This document shows positions 19,465 through 35,859 of a stretch of 64,000 bases of DNA, piece by piece. Made by a program: the position numbers and the translations under genes. The number at the start of each line of letters is the position of its first letter. Position 1 is the first letter of the stretch. Source of the DNA: an uncultured Verrucomicrobiae bacterium (GTDB lineage: Bacteria; Verrucomicrobiota; Verrucomicrobiia; Chthoniobacterales; Chthoniobacteraceae); assembly GCA_963769025.1 (NCBI GenBank), contig CAVYKI010000010.1, forward strand, positions 416,001-480,000, in the 5' to 3' direction. Under the pieces are notes generated by a model that was not told the origin of the DNA, made no database searches, and saw only the letters and a list, made by a program, of their open reading frames with translations.

Positions 19465-20831
19465 TTATGCTCCTCCCTTCCTGACGGTCGTCGCTTCCGC
19501 CTCGAAACGAATCGTCGCATTCACGGTGAACGCTCCCCGCCGCGTTTCTGGCGTGGCAGGCGCCGCATCGGGCATGTCCTCGAAACGCTCAAACGCGATG
19601 CTCACACGGCCCGGAAACATCCGATCCAAATCCCGCTGCAGGTCGGCGCGGTAACGGTCCGCCAGCCCGCGGGGATTCGGCCCGGTCGCGACACCGCGGA
19701 CCAGCAGCGCCCAAATCTTTTCGGTGCCGGACTTCTCGCTGGCGCGCACCTCGCGCACTTCGATTTCCAGGCCCGCACATGCCACGACGCTCCGCAGCGC
19801 GGGCACCCACCGCGGCCTGGCCCGATCGGCCAAAACCCCGGCCAGTTCATTCTGGATCAATTCGCTTTTTGCCCTCGTGGCGAGGGCCGTGTCCAGATCG
19901 CCTGAAACGGTCGTCCATTCCGCATCGAGGGCCGTCTGCTGCACCGCGACCGCATCGATCCGGTCCCGTGCATCCCAGTACAGTTTCCACAAGCCCGCGG
20001 TCAGGACGAGTGCAAGGGCCAGCCCCGCGAGCAGGAATGCCGGCGAGCCGCCATTTGCGGGAAGCTCTACTTCGCCGTCCGGCCACGCGTCCGCTGCCCC
20101 CCCTCCGGCAGGGCTTCCTCGGCGCGGGCGAGAATCTTCGCCACTTTCTCAGCGAGAGCGGCGTCGTCCGGTCCCCTGGATCCGCCGGCCGACCCCGCGC
20201 CGGATGAACGGTAAATCCGCGAGGGAATCGGTTCGGTGGACGTGCCTTCGAGCACGCTATGGACCGTGCCGCGCAGCTCCATCAGCGCAATCGAGCCGAG
20301 CAGGTTTTTCGAGTCGAACGGCTTCCGTAGCACGAAGCCATCGATATCCTTGATGAAACGGCTCGTATTCTCATCCTCGCGATCCGCGCTCATGAACACG
20401 AACCGTTCGCAAAGGTCCGGATCGACGCGCCTCACCGACTGGTAGAAAAGCTCGGGCGCCGGCCCCGGCATCACCAAATCGAAGAGGATCAGCGCAAAAT
20501 CGCCGTCCATCACGTGCCTCAGGCCCTCCTGAGCGCTCTCCGCCGCCACGACCTCGTGCCCGTGTTCGACCAGACAGTCCTCGATCGTCCCGCGGAAACA
20601 GGGGTCGGCTTCGAGCAGCAACACGCGTCCCTTTTCACGAATGACGCCGTTTGCCGAGGCCGGGGAGGGCTCTTCCCGGGCATCCGTCGCTACGGCGATG
20701 GTCCCGAGCCCCTCGCCGACGGGGAGCAGATCGCGACCCGACCTCGCTGCCTCAGCGGACTGGGTATTGAGCGTTTGATTCACTTGTTGGAAGATTTGGC
20801 GACGGGGCGGGAATTTTGTCCCGGTCCGCAT
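19465..20831 (-). CDS. Probable receiver domain - TM - PilN-like fusion, split at a 7-G run (20097-20103)
   Basis: REC (LLLEAD..FDLVMP..KPFD). Adding one G continues into AFLLAGLALALVLTAGLW (TM), coiled coil and RPRWVPAL..LLVRGVA (PilN-like). Confidence 0.6.
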
Positions 20832-20847
20832 CAGAAGGCCTACATGC

Positions 20848-20863
20848 GCAGAAAACGTGCCGG
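20848..20863 (-). promoter_or_regulatory. Candidate sigma-54 (-24/-12) promoter
   Basis: Minus strand CCGGCACGTTTTCTGC has GG-N10-GC spacing with a GGCACG core. Confidence 0.45.
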
Positions 20864-21054
20864 ATCGGCACCGGATTCATGGGGCCGTGCCAAGCGCCGC
20901 ACATTCACCGAACGCAGACCCGGGACGACGGCGATCGCCCGGACCGCGCCTTCGATTCGCGATTGCGCCCCTGCCCCGCAAACACATGCAACGCCCAACT
21001 CGGATTCCGATTTCGTGCTGGCCACGAAACATTTGATACGCACATCATAACCCG

Positions 21055-21447
21055 ATGGGCCCCCACCCCCCGAAAGTCCTGATCGTCGATGACGAAGCGC
21101 ACATCGCTGCCTCCGTGTCACTCGCGCTCGGGACGGCGTACCAGGTGGATGCCGTTTCCGACGCCCACGAGGCTTTCGAACTGCTCAAGGACAACGCCCA
21201 AGGTTACGAGATCATCATTACCGACCACATGATGCCCGGCTGGGCGGGCTGGGAACTGGTGAAGCGGCTTCACGAGACGGAATTCCACGGCAAGTGCATC
21301 GTGCTTTCGGGATATTTGTCCCCGGCGATCGAGGAGATCTACCGGAACCTGGGGGTGGAGCACATCATTCAGAAGCCATTCGACCTTTCAAAACTTCGGA
21401 ACGCGGTGGGAGCGAGCGCGCGGGCGATCCGGGGCCAGGGCTACTGA
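21055..21447 (+). CDS. Single-domain response regulator (copy 1)
   Basis: VLIVDDE, ITDHMMP, LSG, KPFD. Confidence 0.9.
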   Translation: MGPHPPKVLIVDDEAHIAASVSLALGTAYQVDAVSDAHEAFELLKDNAQGYEIIITDHMMPGWAGWELVKRLHETEFHGKCIVLSGYLSPAIEEIYRNLGVEHIIQKPFDLSKLRNAVGASARAIRGQGY

Positions 21448-21718
21448 AGCGCCACCGCACCGACGTGCGTTGCCGCGAGGGGCCGGATGGGATGCAACCT
21501 GCCGGCCAGAGCAAACCAGTTCCGCCTTTCCCCGAAGCCGAAAACATGACGCCGGCGAGCGAAAATGACGACAGGCGAATCATGACAATAATAAAATTTG
21601 CGTTATCTGCGCCACCTCCATAACGTCTGGAACCTCGGATTCACCAACCCGCCGGCATTCAAATGCCGGACCGGACACAGTGAATCATCCCCCAAGACTC
21701 CCGTTCGTATTCTGCCAG

Positions 21719-22015
21719 ATGCCCACTGCCGAACTCCACACTCCACGCACGACGGACGTGAGCCACAAGCTGCGCAAGCGCAGCGCAGTGCGCAGGCGGG
21801 TGACGGGGAGCATCGGCTACATCGCGCTCGGCGTCCTGCTCTGGTACGGATGGCATCGCTTCGAGGCATTCGATGGCCCCATGGCCTCGATCAGCGCGAT
21901 ACCGCATGACCACCCCATGCACCGTGTGGTCGAAGCGGCAATCTTTCTCGCCGTCGCCATCGTGCCGGTTGTGATTTATTTTATCCTGCGCCCGCGCTCG
22001 CGTGGCAGGAACTGA
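21719..22015 (+). CDS. Small hypothetical membrane protein (2 TM)
   Basis: Two hydrophobic segments; start uncertain. Confidence 0.5.
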   Translation: MPTAELHTPRTTDVSHKLRKRSAVRRRVTGSIGYIALGVLLWYGWHRFEAFDGPMASISAIPHDHPMHRVVEAAIFLAVAIVPVVIYFILRPRSRGRN

Positions 22016-22082
22016 TCAGCCTCTTTATGACCCTCAGCACCCCACCACAGACCTTTCCCCTCATCCACAGGAGGCACGTTCC

Positions 22083-22436
22083 ATGAATCTCACCGCTGAC
22101 GACCTGCTTTTTGCGGGTGCCGTTGCCGCGTTCGTCGCGGCGCTTTGCTTTGCCAAGCGCTTTTCCGGTCCGCCCATGGCGCTGCGCCGATGGGCAGAAG
22201 AGCAGGGCTACGTGATTGTCCGCACAAAGCACCGCGAATACGCGACGGGGCCTTTTGAGAAGATCGGCTTCCGCGAACAGCAGGCTATTTTCCAAGGGAC
22301 CTTCCGCACCCCCGACGGAGTGACGCGTCGCGCATGGGTGCGGTGCAACTACGCGCCCGGCGGTGAGCGGGTGGACGTGGTCTGGGACGCTCCCGAGGGA
22401 TTGCCCGCCGCGGACGCGCATCAGGCCCGGGTGTAA
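22083..22436 (+). CDS. Small hypothetical protein with N-terminal TM
   Basis: MNLTADDLLFAGAVAAF.., LRRWAEEQGY, RRAWVRC. Confidence 0.6.
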   Translation: MNLTADDLLFAGAVAAFVAALCFAKRFSGPPMALRRWAEEQGYVIVRTKHREYATGPFEKIGFREQQAIFQGTFRTPDGVTRRAWVRCNYAPGGERVDVVWDAPEGLPAADAHQARV

Positions 22437-22553
22437 CCGACACGCATGGAACGCGTGCGCCTCGCGGAAAGTGGCAATGCGGGGCGCTGTCCCGCGCGGC
22501 GCACCATTTTCTGGCTGGGCAATCGGGGCTGAGGTGCGAACATCGCCCGCGGC

Positions 22554-22946
22554 ATGGAACCCCCTCCGACGAAGATTCTGGTCGTTGATGACGATCTTCA
22601 TATCGCCACCGCCATCATGCTGGCGCTCGGCAGCGGGTCCAAAGTCGAGACCCTTCCCGATGCTCACGCCGCCTTCGAAGTCCTCAAGGATAACGCGCAA
22701 GGATTCGACATCGTCATCACCGACCACATGATGCCGGGGTGGGCCGGGTGGGAATTGATCAAGCGGCTTCAGGAGACCGCTTTTGCGGGCAAGTGCATCG
22801 TGCTGTCCGGCAACCTGTCGCCGGCCATCGAGGCCATCTACCGCAGCTTCGGCGTCGAACACGTCATTCATAAGCCGTTCGATCTCGCGCAGCTCCGGGA
22901 TGCGGTGGAAGCGAGCGTGCGAGAGATCGAATCACAGCGGAGGTGA
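22554..22946 (+). CDS. Single-domain response regulator (copy 2, paralog of 21055-21447)
   Basis: Shares LKDNAQG..ITDHMMPGWAGWEL..GKCIVLSG with copy 1. Confidence 0.9.
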   Translation: MEPPPTKILVVDDDLHIATAIMLALGSGSKVETLPDAHAAFEVLKDNAQGFDIVITDHMMPGWAGWELIKRLQETAFAGKCIVLSGNLSPAIEAIYRSFGVEHVIHKPFDLAQLRDAVEASVREIESQRR

Positions 22947-22987
22947 AGCCAGCGCGAAGGCGCCACCGGCCCTCGGGCCTCGCGCGG

Positions 22988-23027
22988 GAAAAAGCAAACC
23001 GCCGCGCCCCTCTCGGGACGCGGCGGC
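22988..23027 (-). terminator. Probable terminator after groEL
   Basis: GC stem CCGCCGCG..CGCGGCGG followed by TTTGCTTTTT on the minus strand. Confidence 0.5.
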
Positions 23028-23088
23028 TGTGATTTTCTAGGTAGGGCGTGCTCGCCGAGCGCGCCCACTTTGAGCTGCGAGCGGAGTC

Positions 23089-25058
<1,970 letters not shown>

Positions 25059-25256
25059 GATGTTTGTGTGGTTTGTTTGTTGTTGCTTGTGGGTTTTTAA
25101 CGAACCGAAGCCGGCATTGCGGCTTAGGTTCGGTAAAGTGTGATTCGCAAAGGCCGGCACCGCGAAAGCGAGACAGCCGATGGCGAGGGAAAGGTGGCGT
25201 TTCATGGGGACGAGGACGCCGCGGGGAGAGCACGTGGCCCGCACTGCGGCGGTCGG

Positions 25257-27202
<1,946 letters not shown>

Positions 27203-27265
27203 TCAGGATTCCTTGGATTGAGGTTGGAAAAGTGGGTTGGGTGAAAAAGTGTCGGACACACTCTA

Positions 27266-27281
27266 TGCAAGGGACAGGCCA
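27266..27281 (-). promoter_or_regulatory. Candidate sigma-54 promoter of dnaK-groES-groEL
   Basis: Minus strand TGGCCTGTCCCTTGCA matches TGGC-N8-TGCA (GG-N10-GC); upstream palindrome GTGCGCCA-N12-TGGCGCAC at 27351-27378. Confidence 0.6.
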
Positions 27282-27438
27282 CGAGAACGTATATCGACAA
27301 TCACTTGAACATGCAGTTTATTACGACATATTCATGATTCTGCAAAACAGGTGCGCCAAACACCTCATTATGGCGCACTTGGCACACTCTGAAACGCGCC
27401 ACCGTGGCTCACACTCTCCGGAAACCGGCCACGCTCGA

Positions 27439-29811
27439 CTACAATGCCTTCACGACAACCCAAGTCGTCACCTTCCGCCCGGATTCCGCATCGCGCGCGA
27501 CGAGTTCATGCCGCCCCTCGACAGCGACCGCAAATGTCCGCCCCGCCCGTTCGCGCAAGCGCCAGCGTCGCGCTCTCCCATTTCACCGGTCCCGAGCCAT
27601 TCGCCACCAGCGGCACCAGACCCGAGGACGGCACATCCGGGTCGATGAGAAATGTCGAGCCCGGCTGCGGGGAGACGAGGTGCAGCTGCCCCGAGCCCTC
27701 GACCACGACGCGATCGCGGAGTTGGTTGTCCACGCTCGACGCCCATTCCGCGTACTCAGGGCCGAGCTTCACGCGGCCCGCCGCGTCGTAGTCGTCCGCG
27801 CTCTCGGCCTGCGGGATGTTGCCGGCGATGAATTTCTCCATCACCGCCCCGGCCCGCGGTCTGGCAAGCAAGTGTCCCGTGAGCGGATGCACCGGATGCT
27901 CCACGATCGTCGCCGGACGCGCGAACCACGTCGTCCCGAAGCGCTGGTGCAGATACGCCATCACATCGTGCATGATCGGCGCCGCGCCCGTGACGCCCGA
28001 CACCTCGCGCATCGGCGAGCCGTTGAAATTCCCCACCCACACGGCCACCGTGAACTCCGGCGTGTAGCCCACCGTCCAGTTGTCGCGAAAATCCGTGCTC
28101 GTCCCCGTCTTGCACGCCACGGGAAAATCGAACCGCAGCGCCGAGTTCGCGCCGAATGCCGGCACGCGCGCCGCATTGTCCGAGAGCATGTCCGCGATGA
28201 GCCAGCAAAGCTGCGACATCGCCACCCCGGGCTGGTTGTCGCGAATGCCGCCTTTGGACTGCGGCAGTCCCCTGCCGCTTTGGCCCTGCGCGGTCGAAAG
28301 CGCCAGAGGGCTGGCGCTCTCCAACAGCCGGTACGGCCGCCACTCGCCCATCCGTGCCAGCGTCGCGTAAAGGTTCGCCAGTTCGATCAGCCGCACCTCC
28401 GCATTTCCGATCGTCAGCCCCAGCCCGTATTCATCCGGCTCCATCGGCAACGTCGTCACACCCCACGCCTGCAGCCGCCGCTGCAACGGCGCCGCGCCGC
28501 CGAGCGACTGGAGCACCTGCACCGCCGGGATGTTCAGCGAACACGCCAGCGCCTCGCGATACCGCGCCGGCCCCTGGCAATGCCGGTGGTAATTTTCCGG
28601 CCGATACGGCCCCGTCGCCGTGGGAAATTCCGTCGGCACATCCGGCACGATCGTCGCCGCCGTGTCGCCGCGTTCGAGCGCGAGCAGATACGTGATCGGC
28701 TTGATCGTCGATCCCGCCGAGCGCGGCTGCGTCGCGCCATTCACCATCCCGCTGCCCGGCGCGAAATAATTCTCCGAGCCGACAAACCCGAGCACCTCGC
28801 CCGTCCGGTTGTCCAGCACCACCGCCGCCGCATCGCGCACATTCTCCGCGCGCAGACTCGCCAGCCGCTCCGTCACGCTGCGCTCGATGAAGCGGTTCAA
28901 ATCCAGATCGAGCGTGGTGCGGATTTCTCCCTGCAGCCGTAACGCGGGCAATCCTGCCCGCGAAACCTGCCCGCGGACAGGATTGTCCGCGCTACTCCCG
29001 TCGCCGCCTTTCTCCGCCTCGCGCTGCAGCACCAGGTCCACAAAATGCGGCGCATTGAAAACACGCCGCGCCCTTTCATACCGCAGCGGCTCCGCGACCG
29101 CGCGTTCGTAATCCTCCTGCGCGAGCCAGCCCGATTCGCGCATCCGCCGCAGCACCGTCTCCTGCCGCCGCTTCGCAGCAGCCGGATTCGCGTGCGGATT
29201 CAGCCGCGTCGGGATTCCACGGCAGCCCCGCGAGCAGCGCCGCCTCCGCGTTGCTCAGATCCGACAGCGGCTTGCCAAAGTAGTAGTTCGCCGCCGCCGC
29301 GATGCCGAAGTTCAGGTTCCCGAAATCCAACCGGTTCAAATACGCCGCGAGGATTTCCTCCTTCGTCCAGAGCTGCTCCAGCCGCAGCGCCGTCGCCATC
29401 TCGATCACCTTCGTCGTCCAGGTCCGCGGCCTCGGCACCGAGAGCTTGATGAGCTGCTGCGAAATCGTGGACGCCCCCGAAGTCTTCCGCCCCGCGCGCA
29501 CGCTCGTCAGCCCGCGCGCGCCCAGCCGCGAGCCAGTCCACGCCCGAGTGGGAAAAGAACCGCTTGTCCTCCGCCGCGAGCATCGCGTGGATCACATTCG
29601 CCGGCACCTCGCGATACGCCACCTCGCGCCGGAACCGCTCCCCCACCCGCGTCTCGCGCAGCGGCTGCCCGTGGCGATCCGTGAACTCCAGGCTCACCGG
29701 CGGCGTCCGCAGCAGCGCCTCGGGGACGGGGACAAACTTGAGCCCCATCCACGCGGCGACCGCGAGCCAGCACAAACACGATGCGCGCCGCGCCTCACCC
29801 ACTTCACCCAT
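27439..29811 (-). CDS. pbpC: Penicillin-binding protein 1C (multiple frameshifts)
   Basis: AAEDKRFFSHSGVD, GASTISQQL, SAGSTIKP, SLN, KTGT; directly downstream of alpha-2-macroglobulin. Confidence 0.92.
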
Positions 29812-29868
29812 CGCCGCGTCTTGATCGGACGAGTCATAAAAAGGCCGCCGCGCGTGGACGCCACATCT

Positions 29869-32800
29869 TCACAGCGCCTTCCCTTTCACGACGATCGAAT
29901 CGCTCAGCCCGAAACGCTCCGGGTGATACATCTCCTCGATCTTCGCCGGCGGCGCGGTCGCGCTGCCGCTGGCGCGCACGCGGGCGAGGTAGCGGATCTG
30001 GTGTTTTCCCGGCCACATCGTGTTCTTGAAGAACAGCGCCCGGTCATCGCGCAGCTCGTTGAAGTCCGACGCCCACGCGTTCGACAGCCCCTGCCCCGCC
30101 ATCGCCTGCGTCTTGAATTCCGGATTCACCGCCTCGAACACCGCCGGCAGCGGGTCATCAATCGCCACGTAGCTCGCCCGCGCCGGCGCGACAAAATCGA
30201 GCGTCACGAGCACGCGGTCGCCGACCTTCGGGTCGCCGAGATCGGACAGCGAGCCGTCGTCGTTGATGCGCTGATACCGCCGCGTGATCGTGTAGCCGCG
30301 ATCCTTGCGCTCCGTCACGAGCGTCTTCGGCCGCGCCTCGATTTTCACGTTCGTGAAAATGCGGCCCTTGCCCGGATTCCGCAGCTTCAGCGACGCCGCG
30401 GCGTCGAAAGGAAACTCCTTCTCGAAAAACGCACCCTTCGCCGGGAGCCGGAAGTCCGCGCCGTCGCGCGATCGTGCCTTTCACCTCCTTGCGATCCGTC
30501 TCCGTGCGCCGGACGTATTCGGCCACGCCGAGCATCGCCCACGCGTTGCCCTGCGTCGTCATCCAGCGCGCCGCCGGTGCGCGCATCGAAGACCGCCGTC
30601 GCGATCGCATCCGCCGCGCCCGATTTCGGCGCGAGCTTCGACCACGCGAGCAGCCGCACGCCTTGCGCGCGGGCGACGGAGCCGAACCAAAAATCCTCCT
30701 CCACGGCCTTGTCCTGCATCTTCAGCAGCGTGTCTGCCATCTTCGCGGGCCCTTGCCCTCGAGGATCGCGAGCGCGAGCAGCGCGCGGTTTTCCTGCGTG
30801 AGCACGTCGCGCTTCTTGAAAAGCGTCTCATGATACGCCGCCTCCGGCCGCCCCGCGAGCGCGAGCGTGTAGCACGCGAGCGAACGCGGCGAGAGCTCCC
30901 ATTTGTCGTTCGCATCCGCCGCGCCGCGCAGCGCCTTGCTCAGGTAGTCGAGCACGCGCTTGAGATTGTCCTCATCGACTTCGAAGCCCGCCTTCTTCGC
31001 CATCACGAGCCCGAGTCCGCCGTAGGCCGTCGACCAGAATTCCGAGCGATGACCGCCCGGCCAGTAGGCGAGCCCGCCGTCCGACGTCTGCATGGCAATA
31101 GATGCGCGACACGCCCTTTTCGATCGCCGCCTGGAATTCCTCGTCCGTCCGATTCAGCTCCGGCAGCATCGTGCGAAAATCGCGCAGCGCCAGCCACGGC
31201 AGCATCGACGACGTCGTCTGCTCGAGGCAGCCGTACGGGTAGTGCAGCAGCTCGCCGACGCTCTCGCGCAGCTCGAAGATGCGCGAATTCGAAATGCTCA
31301 CGCGCACCATCCCGCGCCCCTGCAGCAGCGCCGGGTCCACGCCCGCGAGCAGATTCGTCTCCGCCGCATCCACGCGCTGCTGGCGAATCTCGCGCAGGCA
31401 GCGGCGTGGGGAAAGTGACCTTCAGCCTCGTCTCCACCGCATCGCGGAACTTCGCACCCCGCCGCGCTGAAGTCCGCGCTCCAAATCCACTTCGCCTCGC
31501 CCACGTCCACGATCTCCACGGGGAAATCCACCGCAATCGAGCTCTTCGCCGGGATGCGTCACCGTGCGTTCAGTCTCCGCCGCGCTCGCGGTCGCATCGA
31601 GCTGGATGCCCACCTTCACCTCGCCGGCCTGCGCCGTCGTGTTGTGCACGACCGCGCGGAGCACGAGCTTGTCGCCGACATTTGCAAAGCGCGGCGTCGC
31701 GGGCTCCAGCATCACCGGCTTGTTGATTTCGAAAGCGCCCTCCGCGTTGCCGAACTGATCGCGCTTCGTCTGCACCACGGCCATCAGCCGGTAGCGCGTG
31801 AGGCCGTCGGGCACCTTGAAGCTCGCGCGCACCTTGCCCTCGACGTCGCTGCGCAGCGACGCGGCCCAATACGCCGTGCCGAGGAAATTCCGCCGCACGC
31901 CGGCCTCGCCGCCCTTGCCGAATCCGCCGATGAGGTAGCCCTTGTTCTCGAACAGCCCCTCGGCAATCGCATCGGGCCCTTCCTTCAGCAGCTTCTCGAT
32001 CGTCAGCCCCGTCGAGACATCCAGCCGCAGCAGCCTGCTGAAAAAGTCGAGCGGGTCCGGCGTCTCGAAGCCCGTCAGGCTCAGCACGCCCTCGTCCGCC
32101 GCCCACAGCGTGACCTCGGCGTTTGCGACCGGCTTCCCGTCCACGTCGCGCACTTCGCAAACGACCGACGCCTCCTCGCCCGGCTGATACTGCCCGCGCT
32201 CCGGCTTCACGTTCACGTAGAGCTTCGCGTCGGGCCGCACGATGCGCACCTGCGTGTAGCCGATGCGATATTCCGGCATCTTGAATTTCTTCGGGCTGTC
32301 CTCCGAGCCGCGCAGGATGACCACCGAGACGAACACATTCGGCGCGTCGCCCTCCTCCAGCGGCACGCGGATCGCGGGCGCATTGCCTTCGAGCTTCACG
32401 AAGAAATGCCGCCGCACATTCTCGCGCTCGACGGTCACGAGCGCCGGGCCGCTGATCGGCGTCTTCACGAGGATCGTCGCCTGCTCGCCCGCGCGATACT
32501 CCGGCTTGTCGGTCGTGAGTTCGATCTGGAAGCGGTTGCGATAATTCCACGCGAGCTGGTCCTTGCCGTACACGTTCACCGTCGTCGTCGTGATCACATC
32601 GCGCCCCGCCGCATCGCGCGCGACCGCGGAGATGATGTAGAGCCCCGGCTTGTCCACCTTCAGCGTCGTGTCCTTCTTGTCCGGATCGGCGAGCAGCCAT
32701 TTGCCGCCCTTTTGCACGACCTTCGCCGTGCGCACCTCCGCCTGTCCGATGAGCTGCGTGATCGGCTCGCTGCGGAAATTTTCCGCCTCGTCCGCGTCCT

Positions 32801-35584
32801 CCACGCGGTTCGTCTGCCAGTCGATGCGCGTGAGCTTCACCGTGACCTCGACCGGATCGGGGTTCGGCGTGCCATCGGTGCGCACGGCGACGACTTGGAG
32901 CGGCAGCGCCTCGCCTTCGCGCATCACGTCCGGCATGCGCATGATGCCGAGATAAAAGTCCGAGCTGTGCGCGAGGAAATCCGCGCGCTCGGCGACCGTC
33001 TGCTGGTTGATGTCCGTGATCTCGCACGTGAACCGCACGCGGCGCGGCTGCGGCAGACGCGTGTTTTGCGGCACGTTGAACGACACCTTCGACGTGCCAT
33101 CCGCGCCGATGTCCGCGTTGCCCTGCACGGAGAAGCGCGGCTCGCCGCCGAGCTTCTGCTGGAGCCGCCAGTCGAAGAGCGCCTCGGTGAACACAAAATC
33201 CTCGAACCCCGTCGGCGAAAACCGCTCGTCCATCGCGCGCACCGACCACGCGAGCTGCGCCTTCGAGAGCGGCGTGCCCATGTAGTATTTCGCCGCGATC
33301 GGCAGCTCGATCGGCGCGCCGAGCATCGGCGTCTGCGGCGTCGCCACCTTCACCTCAAACGCATTCGGAGCGTACTCCTGCACCGTCCAGCCGTGCGTGA
33401 TGTCGCTCCAGTCCTCGTCCTCGTTCTCCTGCAAAAAAGAGCTGCGCGAAAAATCCGCCGACCGTGTCCTTCGGAAGCTGGATGTCCACGTTGAACGAGC
33501 CGGTGTCCGAGAGCGTCAGCTTCTGCTGCAGGAGCACCTTTCCGCGCGGGCCCTTCACCTTCAGCGTCGCCTTCAGGCCCGCGGCCATGTGCGACTCGCC
33601 CGGCGTGTAGCTGCGGACGATGCCCTTCAGATGCACCATCTCGCCCGGCCGGTACACGGGCCGATCCGTGAAAAGGAAACCGCGCCGCTTTCCGCCGACG
33701 AATTCGCCCGACTGGATGTCCTCCTCCTCGCCGAAGACATTGATGCGGAACCGCCCGAACTCCAGTTCGCCGCGCTCGGAATCGAACCGCAGCAGATGCT
33801 GATCGCCGCCGTGCGAGACGAGCAGCCACTTCGCGTTCTCGATGTCCTTCGCCAGCCGCACCGTGCCGTCCGCCGCCGTCTTCATCTCCGCGAGCACCTC
33901 GCCTTTTTCATCGAGCATCCGCACCGAAGCGCCCGCGAGCGCCTCCGCCGTGCGCAGCGAAAAGACGTGCAGGAACGAGTCGCCGCTCACTTTCCACACC
34001 ACGCCGAGGTCCGTCACCTGCACGAGCGCCTGCGAGCCGACGCGCTTCACATTCGGCGCGGGTTTCACCGGCTGTTCCGCGGTGAGGAAAACGGCGCCCG
34101 TCTTGCCGGGACCGAGGATCTCGTCCCAATTCAGGTTGATCACCTTCCGCTCGTCCACCGCCGCATCCGTCGAGAAATCCTTCTGCCACACGACCGTGCC
34201 CGGCACCGTCCGCTCGTCCACCTTCTGGTAGAATTCATCGTCCTTCGGATCCTCGCTGTTGTATTTCGCGTACGCCTCAAATGCCGCCGTCGTGCTGTCG
34301 GCCGGGATGACCTTCGCTGTCACGCGGATCTTCGACACGTTCACGCTCATCAGCCCGAATTCCCGCGTCCCAGCGCGCTGCTGCTGCGCTGCGAATCCCT
34401 GGAAATACGAGCCGCGACGCCACGGGCGCGAAGCTCACCTTCCGGATCGCCGCCTGCCCGAGCGCGAACGGCTCCACCGCCGCCGTCTCGCCCGCGACCG
34501 TCACCGTGTAATCCGTGCCGAGCGCGAAATCGCCGCGGACGAGGATCGAATTGTCATCGCTGTAAAGGCTGTCGCCCATCGTCACCTTCAGGTTCGCCGG
34601 CGCAGGCTCGACCTTCACGAATTTCGCCGGCTCCTTCTTCACCGCCTTCGCGAGCCGCTTCGAAAAGGTGAGCGTCACCCGCTTGCCCGATACCGCGAGA
34701 TTTTCCACCAGAGCGTTGTCCAGCGTGAACGGCTTCACGTCCCCGATCGGCGCCTCGAACGCGCTCGGCAGTTTGAACGCGCCATCCGCCGAAGGCGCCG
34801 CCTGGCTCACGACGAGCCGCCAGCCCTTTCCCGGTGGCAGCGGGTTTGCGGGGGTCACGAGCAGTTGGTTCTTGAAAACCACCGCCTCCTTCGCGGCCTG
34901 CGGCGTGTTGTCATCGTCTTCATCTTCGGCCTCCGCCTTTTTCGGCCCGCCCGCGAGATGCTCGCGCACCTGCTCATCCCATGTGAGCGCGCTGCGGTCG
35001 TCGGCGCGATACGTGGGGAACATGCCGTCCTTCCCCTCGAGGTGACGGACCGTCGCGTCGATGGACCGCCTGTCGGCATCCACAAACTTGGAGTTCGCAC
35101 CGATCGCCGCGGGGTCCACATTTGCGCTGAAAAGCAGCATCACCTTTGGCTGCGCGGGCGCGTCCTTGTCGTCGAAGTAATCCATCATGTTCATGGCCTT
35201 CACGCGGAATGCCGGCGTCCGGAACGTCTCGTTCAGCGTCCCGCGAAACGCCTTTCCGTCCGCAGTCTTCAGCCCGCCCGCGAGCGTCACCTGGTAGGTG
35301 GCCCCCAGCGGCGGTGGCTCGGTCGGCTGGAAGATGCCGCTCTGCGTCGAGACCCAGCGCCAGCCGCCGGTCATCGCGGGCCGGATGACCAGCGGCGATT
35401 CGCGATCCGGTTTGCCGACCGCATCGGCCGGGACCATCGGCTCGGCGAAGCGGACTTCGAACGCGGACGACGGCTTGAGCACGAGATTGTCGTGCGCGTC
35501 CACGTGCAGCGAGACCGGCGCGTCCTTCGGCGCGGCGAGGAGTGGTAAAACCGAGAGCAGGGCGAGAAGGACAGGCAGTTTCAT
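29869..35584 (-). CDS. Bacterial alpha-2-macroglobulin (YfhM-like; multiple frameshifts)
   Basis: VQVTDLG, FTDRPVYRPGE, DEGVLSLT, thioester YPYGCLEQ, EEMYHPE. Confidence 0.93.
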
Positions 35585-35859
35585 GGCGATGGAGAGGATA
35601 ACGTTTCTGGACCGGTGATTCTTTCAACGAAAGCAGGCAAACGCGAGCGCACTCTTGTCGCGGGCGACCCGTGTTGATTCGGCACTACCTTCACCCGGGG
35701 CCGGAGGAATGCAATCGGCAGGCCGACAAACGCCGGCGATTTCCCGGACAGGATTTTCCCCGCAACCTCGGCGGCTCCCGCGGGTTTCAACGAACATCGA
35801 CCGCCCGAAACGTAACCCTTCGCGGGCGGCGCGCGTCTTCACTCCACACACCGCTCAAC

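Noticed and set aside
23041..23068. GTAG-led hairpin resembling a REP
   Set aside because: Only one copy seen in the window; it may simply be part of the groEL 3' structure.
27351..27410. CIRCE element upstream of dnaK
   Set aside because: Does not match TTAGCACTC-N9-GAGTGCTAA in sequence or spacing.
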